From: Pseudovirgaria hyperparasitica
Lineage: Eukaryota
Assembly: GCA_010093815.1 (NCBI GenBank)
Contig: ML996577.1
Reading direction: 5' to 3' (one strand)
DNA length: 64,000 nucleotides
The notes under the pieces are model-generated. The model made no database searches. It saw nothing but the letters and a program-made list of their open reading frames with translations, and was not told the origin of the DNA. Shown in pieces: positions 36,532-48,465 of the stretch. Position numbers and translations under genes: made by a program. The stretch's first letter is position 1. Each line of letters opens with the position of its first letter.

Positions 36532-38140
36532 TTAACTCTGCTTTCCCCCAAACCCAATCCTGACCCCTCTCCTGCTCTCCACCGTCAACTTGATCTCCTC
36601 CTCAAACACCCCAGTCTCATCCCGAAACTCGCACCTCTCCCACTCCCTCGCCACCCTGACTAGCAAATACGCAACCTGAATCAACACCATATTCTGCGCC
36701 GGACACATGCGCACCCCTCCCAGAAACGGTACGTACTGCCACTTTGCCTCCCAGAGCGGTCTGCCCGGCCCCCACCGCTCCGGCTCCCATTCATCTGCAT
36801 CTTCGCCCCAAATGCTCTTATCGCGATGCAAGGAGTAGAGGTCCATTTCTGCAACTCTGCCCTTAGGCACAAATAAGGGGCTGCGCCCATCTGGCCCGCC
36901 GCCGACCGGTAGCACTGTATCGCGCAGCGCGGCGCGGCCTATTCGCGACGCGGGCAGGTGTAAGCGGAGGGTTTCGTTGATGATGGATTTTGTTACTGGG
37001 AGGGCTTTTATGACTTCGAAGGTGAGAGGCTGAGTGCCGAGAGCTAGGGCTTCGGCACGTAGAGAGGACCATGCCGGTGGGTGTTGGGCGAGTTCCCAGA
37101 TGCAGTTTGAGAAGGCGATGGCGGAGGTGTCGCGGGCGGGGAAAAATACGTTTATGATTTGTGCGCGGAGGGCGATAGGGTCGGTGATCTGTTGGGTCAT
37201 GCCGTCGAGGAGGATGTATTTGCCGCTGTCGTGTGGGTCGGCGGCCTTCTCTGCGCTGGGGAGCGAGGATGGGTTCAATGCTTGAGCGCGTTTGGCGAGG
37301 GCTTTGTGGACGTTCTTGTCGACGAATTCGTGGACGATGGTATAGGCGGGCTTGTAGCCGGGGTCAAGGGAGAATAGGAAGTGGAAAGGACCAGTGATTA
37401 TGCGCAGGGCGAGATTGAGGAGGGAGCGGTCGAAGGCTTTGAGGAAGCGGTCGGTTTCGAAAGGGGTCTCGGGTTGGAGAGACTCGACAGACTGGCCGAA
37501 TATGAATTCGGTCGATGTATCAAGGAACTGTTCGCAAGTAAGCTGAAGATATGGATCATTATTATTCTGGTCGTACCAAACGCTTTGCCAGATGGAGCAT
37601 ATCGAATGTCTCCCCGTCTTTGGGTATATGTTCCATGAATCGCTGCACATGATTCTCGAAGGATGGAAGATCGGCGACTTCAGCACGATTGAAAGTAGGT
37701 TTCACAAGAGCTCGTGAGTGCTTCCAGAACTCGCCATCATCAGTAAAGATTCCACGGTCTAAGAACGGCGCCCCAATGTCTCCCCTCATGGGCCCAACAC
37801 CCCAGTCACCAAAGTTCGTGGCAGCGATTGCTTGTATATTCTCCGGGTCCGCCGTCTGGACTTCCGTGACTCCACAAGTCTTCATCTGAAAAGTCCCGCC
37901 AAGTTTCCTGTGCATGTCCCGGTAGAAGTTTGACCTTTGGCCTCGAAAATCGGCCATCCGGATGCGGCAAAAGAGATCCATACCGAGCAGCGGATCGAGG
38001 TTAGGGTATTTTCTCGGCGCTCGACAGCCATGTTGATGGACAGCTCTTCGATAACGCAGTCTCTCATATATCGCGAGGATGATTGTTCTCACGATGGCTA
38101 CTCCAATGCATACGCCCGTGAGCGCGAAGAGGCTGACCAT
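36532..38140 (-). CDS. Cytochrome P450 (CYP52-clan-like), 519 aa, 2 exons
   Basis: N-terminal TM anchor, GIFTDDGEFWKHSRALVKP, ETLR (ExxR), PERW, and heme motif FLGGVRMCPAQ; intron 37576-37528. Confidence 0.95.
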
Positions 38141-38912
38141 GGTGCCGCTGTGTTTCAGATGAAGCCAGCTGTTATCGAATGGCGTTCTATACACCGGCTA
38201 TACAGGGCATTAGTTGCTCAGTCCTTGCCAGCATGAATATGTCGCGAAAGGTATCATCGACATGGTGGGTTCAGCAAGTGATGTAGCAGGCCCTTGAATA
38301 CAACATGCTTTCTCCCTCACCAGGAAACAGTTGCACTAACCTGCCTCTATCAAGCTTCTCTAACCAGTCTTACATTTCTTACAAATGAATCAGAAGTATG
38401 AGCTCATGGCGTCGTGATACAGCGCGATGCATGCAGATCTAGTCAGCAACGGTCCAACCCCGATTGGCTAGACTTAGCGCGAGCGATGCAACATGTTGGT
38501 CTGAACAGTCCACGATATTGACGACAGTGACGTCAAGGGTGTTGGCAATTCCGTGGCTTAAAGGATCGAAAGGGTATAGAGAATGAGCGCCAGTTTGGGG
38601 GTGTCTGAGTCGTGCAGCGCATGCATCCTAGACAAAGATCTCCACCTGCGCAGGGTGGAATTTTTAGCGTGGGACGCTAGTGGCGTAAGGCCTGCCCTGA
38701 TTGGTAGTTGATGACCATTTGTCTTAGCGATTCTTGTTGCAACACATGCCGAGAGTACGAAAGTCATGTTGAAAATGGATTCTCTGCTACTTGCATTGAA
38801 TTCTTATCTCTACAAACAACATTCCTCTAAAGTGAAATCTTAACGTTAACGTCTACACAAACACTACATACAAACAAACCTTCAGCCTTGACATAAATAT
38901 TCACTGGCCAAC

Positions 38913-39119
38913 ATGCAGCAACCAAACATTCTAGTTCTGCTCGTCGCCATTATGATCGGTACATCACTTGCGGCTCCAGTACCTGATGGTATGTATATTG
39001 AATCTGTGGAAGGATATAGCTAACAGGTAGTAGTTGTGATTGACGACATACACTCTCAAGAAGATGACACACCACCAGGCCCAGCACCTGACGACTACTT
39101 GGGAGGATTCTTTAAATGA
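38913..39119 (+). CDS. 53-aa secreted peptide, candidate RiPP precursor: MQQPNILVLLVAIMIGTSLA-APVPDVVIDDIHSQEDDTPPGPAPDDYLGGFFK
   Basis: ATG at 38913 with a hydrophobic signal ending SLA|AP. Intron 38989-39033 has GTATGT, GCTAAC and TAG, and splicing keeps the frame to TGA at 39117-39119. Absent from the ORF track because it is split and short. Confidence 0.75.
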
Positions 39120-39377
39120 ATTAAGTTATGGATGTGTACGATAGGGCTCGAAGCTTGCTTTGCTTACGAGAATGGTGATCTGTACTTTTAAATGATTTGA
39201 TGATAGCTCCGAAGGCTCTGAAATAGAGTACATATTTTTGCTAATAACATTTCGTGATCTTCCGCTCACAACCTAACTCAGACAAGGAGGAAAATACATG
39301 CACTTTCACTATCGATTCATTGAACATTCATAGTCTATGTGTACAGGTACATACTCGTACTAGCCATCGAACAACAA

Positions 39378-40267
39378 TCACTCCTCCCCGGGCCTACTCG
39401 CCCCATTGCCCGTGATCCAGGGCGGCGTCGGGCTCCCGGTGGCCCTGAAAACATACCCTTCTGGACAGAACTTGTACTTCTCAATCTCCGGAAAGCCCTT
39501 CGTCTCTCTTCCGATGTCTCTGTAACATGCTGTATGGCTCCTTGCCCAGTCCTCAAGCTTGTCCCAGTTCCTGCACATGCGCGTTTGCATCACGCCTGCA
39601 ACATTCTTTTTGGAGAATCCTGAGTAGCGTGGCGTATCATCGGCGTTGCACAGTGTGTCCTGGCGGAGGGACTCTAGGCAATGGAGATTGTGCGCGAGAC
39701 CTTCTTCGGGGTCGATGTCGATCTGCTCGTTGTTGACGGCACGGAGCAGCGAGCGGCGGATGTATTGCTGTTGGAGTCGTTGAGTCACACGTGTTGATTT
39801 TATGGAATGACGATGTGACATACCAAACAGTGTAGATTATGGTATCCGTTTAGTAAATAGATCCCTTTGTTCCCATCCCATGGCCAATGCTGCGCTTGCG
39901 GAAGCATGCGTCCTTTAACCCAGTCGTGAGGCAGCGCAACAATCCCTGGATCCACAACCCATGATTCCCATGCAGCATCTGCAATTGAACGATTTGGATG
40001 CGCAAAGATTGTGTCGTCACGATATGGTGTTGGGACGTCTCTCTCGAGCTTTGCGTATAGGCTCCGGTCTTTGTTTGTCACCTCCCTATCTGTGGCTTGG
40101 AAAGCGCTGTATGCCCACAGCGCATTTCCAACGGCTGAGAACACTGTGATGAGAAGTAAAGCTCGAAAGGTCCAGCTGTCGTTGTGAGTTTCATAGCGGC
40201 TGTGTGTTCCTTGTGCCGTCTCATCATCGGAGTGTAATGGTGTGTATCCTTTGCTATGCGACATCAT
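39378..40267 (-). CDS. UstYa-family (DUF3328) oxidase, 277 aa, 2 exons
   Basis: N-terminal TM helix, ADAAWES, two HxxHC motifs (YHNLHCL and AHNLHCLESLRQDTLCNADDTP) and RMCRNWDKLEDWA; intron 39823-39768. Confidence 0.93.
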
Positions 40268-41024
40268 GTTTTGCGATGGGCGTGCCCAGTAATGGTCTTC
40301 TTCTGTATGATGATATGAACTGTTCAATATACCGTCAGGTATGGAAGCAGTATGCACTATGATTCAGATACGTGGGCGCCACACTTTCCGGCAGTTTTTA
40401 GAGACCCGAGTGACGTTCTGCATAACACGTAGGACATGCTGATCGCCCGTCAAGCCCCATGAGCTAACTTCTAGCCGGATCGAAGATAAGACAAGTGTAT
40501 TTTTGGAAACCGAGTACAAGATTTGCAGTATAGGGATTAGCCAACAGCTGTCGGGGAAATGGGCTGCCCGTTAGAGCGACTGGCGTTCACTGCCAAGCAC
40601 CTCGGGCCGCTCAACAGCGCCAACGAAGTCGTCCAGCACCGTCACGCTGCCTGCGCCACCAACATCATCCCCTCTCCAGAAAACATACCTCCATTTCTGG
40701 ACGGATCGATCCAACGTGCTTCATTGTTATACATCGCTCACTATTGATGTATAACACAAACAAACTGACTGATGATTAGGCCAAGCCACTGACGTTTGAT
40801 CTGCGAACAGGGAACCGCATCGGGGACTTGGAAAGCCTTGTTCTAGTCTCGCCGAAAGGTGGATTCTGCAATGGCACATCACCAAACAGTTGGTCTGAGT
40901 CCCGAAACAAATATGGTCACTAGCTTCCTTTTCCCATGTTCGATATAGAGAGGCTCCCGACCACGTTGTATCCATCCTGGCAACGGCACCTCCCGCACGC
41001 GATCTCCACGAACCGCAAGTCAAG

Positions 41025-42271
41025 ATGTCTACAACCTCCCGCGAGGGCATGATCGCATGCTGTACAGTTTTACCTGTGCTTGGTATCACAGTCGTTGGGC
41101 TCCGAGCCTATGTCCGAGTGTACAAGCAGAAAGTTGATTTGGCATTCGACGACTATGTTCAGCCAGTCATTTTGGTACGTTACAAGTACTACTAGACCTG
41201 GATGAAAGCACTGACTGTGATTAGGCTTTATACATTGGCATGTGTATTGCAGGACTGATAGGTACGTTGGTCGAGACTATGCCCGTGGAATACCTCTGAT
41301 CTTCTCATAGGAGTCTCAAACAAAGCCTTGGGCTATCCAAGTCCCGTCGGACCAATCGAGTATACTGCGCCCTCTACAATCCTCTGCATGAAGGTACGTC
41401 AGGCAGCCCTAGACAAAGATCACAGCAATTGACTATTGGATTGCAGCTGCTCTATGCCATTCAAATGATTCAGATTCCAGCTTTAGGTCTTGTAAAAATT
41501 GCCGCCCTCTGTTTTTACAGACGCATGTTCTGTGTGCACCGGAAAGGCTCCTTGGTCGTAATCATTTGGACACTGATATATGCCACAATACTCTGGATGA
41601 TCGGATGTGTCATATCATACGCTCTGGGCTGTGGCACGCACCCGACCGCTGCTTGGGGTGGTAACATCCCCTTTGCAACGTACTGCAAGGACATTACCTT
41701 GCGCTGGGAAGTAGGTTTCTCAGTGACGGACTTTGTGCTGGACACATTGGTCTTGGTTGTGCCTTTGCCATCTGTGAGTCCCTGTCCACTCGTTGTGACC
41801 CTTCGAAGGCGGATGACTGATAATATGCAGATATGGTCTCTCAGAACGACATTCGGTCGCAAACTCGGAATAACCTGCGTGCTCATGCTCGCCCTTGTCG
41901 GCTACGGCGCCTCCATTGCACGCATGGCGGTTTTCATCCGGCTCGCAACTGGTGTGATGGGTGCCAGCGCAATCGATATCCAGTCGTCTGACACTCAAGC
42001 CATATGGTTCTCCCAGCTCGAAACCGGGCTTGCGCTTATTGCAGTAAATCTCCCTACGTTGTGGAAACTGGTGTCGGACTTCACATCTTCGAGCATGTAT
42101 CACAGTCTCAGGAGTCTGATCCGAAGCTCGGATGAGAGTAAGGGGAGTGTAGTCGATGTCAAGTTCGGGAGGCCGGAGGGACGAGAGTCGGAGAAGAGCT
42201 TTGATACGTCAAGTAGTGCAAGTCACGAGAGAGGCGGGATCAGGAAAACAGTGGAATATGATGTTGTGTAG
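41025..42271 (+). CDS. Pth11-like (fungal rhodopsin-domain) integral membrane protein without CFEM; 5 exons
   Basis: VVGLRAYVR..LAFDDY, LVKIAALCFYRRMF, TDFVLDTLVLVVPLP|IWSL, ASIARM and LETGLALIAVNLP. Confidence 0.88.
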
Positions 42272-43399
42272 GAATGAATTAGAAAGTTTTAATAGTATTC
42301 ATATCTGTTATCATTCATCTCGCATTCTTAGTTCATCGAGTCTTGTAGACATTCTCCTTCCCGTCGTAATAATGACCATTATGGCCGCTACTCATCGCCA
42401 ATTGTACCCTCACTGCTCTTTTTTCGGCTATAAGAATGAAGTTCTCCATCTCTTAGGTATATCGGACCTCGAAGAATGAGGCTCGATGGTCAACCGTCTT
42501 CGTGTCGGTCGCAGTTTTCTTAGGTAAGTCCATCCAGTGTTCCCACAGTCATCCAGCAGCTCGACGAGCTTAGTGTCCCCTTGTTCGATGTTAGCACAGT
42601 CGTACAAGACTTCCAATATTTGCTATTGTATGAGATTATGAAGAGCGACAAAGTACATGAGCGCTCCAGTCCTCTTAATTTACTCAGCTCAAACCTTAGA
42701 GGCTTAGTATTCCCCTTGCTCTCTATTTGGAAGCTCTTGAGCGGTAAAGATAACCCAACTCTATGTCAAAGTACAGAGACAATGCGCAGAGATATACGGC
42801 GTCCAAAAGAAATGTTCAGTGATGTTTGTGCGCTGATGTTGACAGTGGTAGCGAGGAGGTACGATGCCATGATGACATAGTTTATTGCATCGTCGAGAGC
42901 TTGAAGCCATAGGAAGGGCAGGTTCGGTGAGAGGGAGAGAGGTTATGGATGTTCTTGCTACGGCTTGAAGGTTTTCCACACTAGTTGGCAAGCCTATCTA
43001 GTGATTTTTTGATGGGTATTTGAAATTGTTCAGTCTTCGAGGGAGTTGTGGCGTTAAAAAGTAAGCTTTCTGTGCAAAATGAGATCTGCAGGAGTTGTTC
43101 AGGTATTGATTTGGGGGATAGGCAGTGAGAAGTTCGGCCAGTGTCGTGCTGTTCCGTTGAGGCTGTAGATGGTCAACGGGAGAACTCCAGCCACGGCGAT
43201 TAACGAAGGATCGTAGGATGCCAATGCAAACCCCCAGAGAATTCAGATGTAACTGGATGTACTCTATAATGATCTGGTAGTATCTATAGTTGGAACAGAA
43301 ACAAAAGAACCGCTCACCGACGATACTGAGTCACTGCCCACGCCCAAGTTCTTCAAACCCGCCAGGAGATCAAGCCAGCAAAACAAAAGGCATGGCACA

Positions 43400-43409
43400 G
43401 ACTTGAACC
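43400..43409 (-). promoter_or_regulatory. Downstream Pol III B-box for the U6 gene
   Basis: GGTTCAAGTC about 17 nt past the T-run terminator; matches the GGTTCGANTC consensus with one mismatch. Confidence 0.6.
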
Positions 43410-43425
43410 CAAACCAAAAATTGCC

Positions 43426-43525
43426 AAAAAAATCTGTAATCTCTTTGATTAAGTCCGTCATCCTTAGTGCAGGGGCCGAGCTAATCTTCTCTGTATCGTT
43501 TCATATTGACTAAGTGCCCGAAGGC
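43426..43525 (-). ncRNA. U6: U6 spliceosomal snRNA (variant sequence)
   Basis: Minus strand reads GCCUUCGGGC...GAUACAGAGAAGAUUAGCUCGGCCCCUGCACUAAGGAUGACGGACUUAAUCAAAGAGAUUACAGAUUUUUUU. It has the 5' stem-loop, ACAGAGA box, AGC triad, ISL and T7 terminator, plus a TATA-like TAATATATT 23-31 nt upstream. Confidence 0.92.
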
Positions 43526-46044
43526 GAAGTACATCCAATTTTAATAGAATATATTATGCAGATTAAAGAACTGCGGATAGTGGGACACTGTTTGGTACTA
43601 GCCGGGCACCCGTAAAGGTAGGTGCTGGAGGTGAATGTGGCCTGATTTGGGAGCCTGTGCGCGCTATTGGCTGCAGATCTATGACTACACTGACACTGTT
43701 ATGAGCTAACTTGAATTAAAAATGAGTTGCCTTGACAGTTTTCCATCGCTAGATGACGGGGCATTGCTTTGCAGTGATCTGGGTTTACGCCACCACTGAA
43801 GCGTTGGCTAAGAAGGAGAGACACACATACAATCTCGGCTGTGTCCACGCGATTGTAGCGATCACAGATTAGCTGAAAGAGCGTAGTCATGAACCCAGGG
43901 ATTGGAAGAAGAAATCAATCACAGTATCTGGAAATGGAAGTCTACCGAAATGTACATTGTTTCTATATCTTGCAAAGGCTATACCTTGTTGACTCACTGT
44001 ACAGAAGTTATTCTACACGTACGTACTATAGGCTTTCTTGATCTGCTATCTTTTCTGCATTTCTAGCTAATTACAATTATCCTGTCGACTGCTATGGATG
44101 ATGGAGGTCATGCCCATCGCGCAGATATAGTCCTCACATATGTCAAAACCTGGAAGAAGTTGATCGTGCTGCGAGAGCTCTGATCAAGATCGCTTTCTTA
44201 CTTGATGTCTATGCTTCTGGCTACGATCTCTCCATTCTGGCTATGAGTTCTCTGATGTTGTGTATCGGAGCATGTACGTGATCGCCAAGGAAGAAAATTG
44301 CTTGCTCTGTAATCTGTATGTTGTAGTGGACCTCTTGGGACTACAGAATGAGAGTTCAAGGAAATGAGGAGCCTACTCAATCTTTAGCTAGTTCAAAGTA
44401 TACGTTCTTGAGAAGTCCAGGTTTCATGGGTACTGACCTCCCTAGCACTATGCGCTTGCTTGTGACATCTCGCTGCTTTTCGAAAGGAAGGTATGCTGCG
44501 AGCATGTTCAACATCTCTCTCACTCGCTCGCCCATGTTGTTTGTTCGTGGGCTTCCTGTGTTCCCCTGTACAGTCGGTCAAGGGGGAGTTTAGAGGTTAG
44601 ATACACATAATTAACTTTGTATGCAGCGTAAATATAAAGAGTGGACTTATCGAAGGCCCTCAATCGTAACCGAATCGTTCATTCTATTCTTACTAGCGTG
44701 GGTTTCAGTGACCTGCTGATTGTGCAATCTGCTTGTGGTCCAAGCGTTAGACCTTGTAATCCCCCAGTCCTTCCTCGCTTCACATTTTGCCCACAAACTG
44801 ATGCACCTACAATCCCACACTCATTTTGGCTTGTCACAATTCCTTCAATCGAAGTTTGTGCTCATCACACCAAATCTTCCTTCCTTCCATGGTTACTAGC
44901 ATCAATTGTGAGTACCACTCAGGGCACGATTCAGAACTTGAACTTCACATTTTTGTTTCAACTTTGACGCTCATATCTGATTCTTTACCACCATGTCACG
45001 AGTAACACTGTTCGGTGTAGATTTCAAGCAAGGCAGCCAAGTCATTACTTCAATGAACTGATCTCAACCGCAATGACAAGGTCAAGACATGTCAAATACT
45101 TGGTACGTATACTCAACGCCACGAATGTCTACAGATTTGACCGTCAGAACCTCAGCTGACACATACTTTGCACTAGATATAGAGGAACTCAACTCTCAGC
45201 CTAAGTCTCAGAATTGGCAAGAGTTCTAGTCTGTTCTTTCAATGAACAGTTCATCCGACAGTCTGGTAGCTAGTCTGCTTGAACGCAGGATCTCAAATAC
45301 AGATTTCTATACCGAGCAGGTAAAGAAAGTGTCAGGACATGTCGAAGAATGTGAGTCCGATATGTACGTCGATGGATTCCGGCCTTTCAAGGTCAGAGTC
45401 TTCTTCAGTCATCATGACGAGCTTCGCTAAATTTGACAGACCACGGCTTGAGCTGAAAGTGCGTTCAAGGATTCTCGAAGCTCCGCAGCTGCACGGAGAT
45501 GGTCTATTCGAGTACCTGAACGGTTCACTTCCGTGACACTTTCGAAAACTGTATTGTGAGGTAGAAAGTTTGACAGATACAGTATGAGTACTTCATCCCG
45601 AAGTAATTACGAAAGCTAAGTTGTCATAGTCAGGTGTACGATGACCAATGCCCAGCAAAGACATCCCAAGGATACTACAAGATCTACAGGCCTGGAGTAC
45701 CTCCCCAAGCGGCCGTCTGCTCACACCCTGTGAGATGTCACAGCCAAATCTGAGTACATCAGGGAACAATACACCCTCAAAATCAGAGTTCCACTTCATG
45801 CACAGAAAGATTTTTGCACGTCGACAAGTATGGTGCAGTGGAAACACACAGTTACGCAGGAATCGAAATATACTGTGAATCTTCTTTCCAATCATAACGG
45901 ACTAAGAAGAACTGGCGTGTGATTGACCACGTGTCATCATCATCTGGCAACCACGTCTTCCTTCAATGCTGAGCCAGCTTTAGACAGGTCCACCTAGCTA
46001 TACCTAGGCTTTCATTCCCTTTGTCTCTCAACTCTTCTTTCATG

Positions 46045-46389
46045 GCGTTTTCGCCACCAAAGATCCTCTCCCACCTGATATATATATATATCACCCTGTG
46101 TATTTGGGTTAACTGCGATGTACACAACAGTGCCGTACTTGTCGTTGCGGTTGACCGCAAACGGCGAACATTAGTGATAGCCAGAAGGATGGCTATTGAG
46201 ACATTCGCTTTGTCTCTTAACTCTTATTTCATGTCTCAATAGCCATCCTTCTAGCTGTCACTGGTGTTCGACGTTGCGGTCAACCGCAACGACAAGTACG
46301 GCACTGTTGTGCACATCGCAGTTGACCCAAATACACAGGGTGATATATATATATATTAGGTGGGAGAGGATCTTTGGTGGCGAAAACGC
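46045..46389. repeat. Long inverted repeat (fold-back): about 160-bp arms and a 26-nt loop
   Basis: 46045-46204 is the reverse complement of 46231-46389 apart from a few differences, mostly transitions. Confidence 0.95.
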
Positions 46390-46755
46390 AATTGGCGGCC
46401 TCAACGTTGATTCATCGGTCGATGTCAAAGCCATCGAGGTATGTGGACACTGAAATCCTCGTCGGAGAGGTTCTCCGCCATGACTCGAGTCATCTGAGGA
46501 AGGGGACTGGCCTCGGTGGCTAGTCCCACTGTGAGCAATATGAGTCCGACTAAAGGCCATCACTTGTGCCACTCAAAACACGGTGATGGTCGTGCTCGCA
46601 CACGATTGGAGTCCCTTGAGGTCAACCGAGCCTAGCAATTTTGTGGTCGTCGCCGCGGTGTATAAAATAGCAGGACGATAGTGGAGATCTATTCGCCCGA
46701 TAGTGACCGATACTATCGTCCTGGCGACTATCACCGCGGTGGCGACAGAGAGGAC

Positions 46756-46810
46756 CGTGACGAAAGGGGAGATCGCGACCTCAGCCGTTACAATCTCCCC
46801 TTTCGTCACG
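46756..46810. repeat. Perfect 18-bp inverted repeat/hairpin
   Basis: CGTGACGAAAGGGGAGAT (46756-46773) pairs with ATCTCCCCTTTCGTCACG (46793-46810). Confidence 0.9.
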
Positions 46811-48465
46811 ACATGTACACCTGTGTTCTAGCACGAAACCACATTACGGGAACCGAGTATCGTCACTCCGGTCGAGCCATGGAAAGGATGAGTGGAGGTT
46901 TGGGGATAGAAAAGGGAAGTTCTTTGGGACGACTGTAAAAGGTCCTACACTACCCTGGACCTGCCAGAGTTGGAAACTCGACAGTCTCTACATGAAGAGA
47001 ACAGGTCCAGGGTGGTGGGATTACGGATTCTGATTTTCTTTGGCTATACACTTGGTGGCGTTCTTTGGTGGTGGAAGAGAAACCGCGGATTCAGATAAAT
47101 CTTCGGTCTGGCTCTGCAGTTGGGCAGCACGATTGGTCCATAATATCAATAAACAACGAAAAAGCATCATCATCATCATCTAAAACTACGTTCTCTGTCA
47201 TCTTTGTTTCGTGATGTTTTCCCTTTGTAAAGCCCTGCGCGTCTTTCAGCTCCCTTGTCGCGCCAAGACTTTACCCCTGAACCCCACGTGTGGAAGAGCT
47301 ACAGCTAGCCCTGGGCCCCGCCAATACCTAAGGCACCAAATAGCGGGGTAAGAAGTAATAGAGCTCCAGGAAAAGGGGCTGATGGAAGTTTCATCAAAAC
47401 GTCTAGAAGATACCATGGGAGATGAAACGATGAGCTATACAGACTATTTAATGAAACCGAGAAGCCCGATTCTCCGCTAGACACTGATTGATGCAACGCT
47501 ATTGCTGTGCAAAATCGTGCACTTTGACAATGCAGTATTATTTTTCCTACCTAGGACGTACTGTGTGTGTGCGAGTGCCAGTCTATCGACTCCATGGGTG
47601 CTTCAGATAGATAATTATCTTCATGGGATGTTATAGCTGTCATAATTCGCCTGATTTGACTGGAACACCATTGAGACTACACTTGCGGCATACATCATGG
47701 ATGCCGAGGATATAAATATGTCTCATAGTGTATTCTTATTAGGGGCATCTCTAGGGGAGAAGAGTTAGTTCATGGAAAGATGAGAAGTCTAAATATCTGA
47801 GGGCTATGTATGCCATATATAGTAGACTTTATGTAACATATAGGAGTACTGGATCTGCTTAGACGGGTACTATATAGGTGTAAATCCTGCCATGCGGTTG
47901 GAGTAGAGGAGATACTGTTGCAGGAGGTGAAACAGGCATTTTCCATTGTTATATGCTACATATGGCTGTTCAGTTATTTCGGATAGCAGCTTGAATTATG
48001 AGAGCATATCTCATGGTGCTTATGAAGGTAATTTTTCACCCTGTGCGCGTTGTGCATGATGTTTGTAAGACTTGGAACGCCTGTACTTCGAAGACCTCCA
48101 CAGCGGTCAGGGCTTCTCACAATGGCTTTGATTTCATCATAGTGTCTTAGAACAGCGTATGCGATGGATAATCATCTTAGAACCCGAAAAATTGCTCTTT
48201 TATTAATTGTATAATGGTACTCTGCCTCATAGAGACGCCCAATTGTCGAAATATGTCCATATTTTGCACCACCAAGATCTGTCCCAAGCATTCAAGGGTC
48301 TCCAACCTATTCGTTTCTCGTTAGCATGCAGTTGCTTTCACTGCTTTGTGCTGCCTTGGAAAGCTACATACCGCGATGTCCAACAGCCAAGAATCCCGAA
48401 AGTTGTCCCCAGGCCCCCTTCCGGCTGTGGCGTTTACGAGACCCGACAGCGACGCCCTCTACCAT

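Noticed and set aside
46756..46831. Helitron 3' end (hairpin followed by CTAG at 46828-46831)
   Set aside because: The hairpin is larger and further away than typical, CTAG is followed by C rather than T, and no Rep/helicase remnant was recognised.
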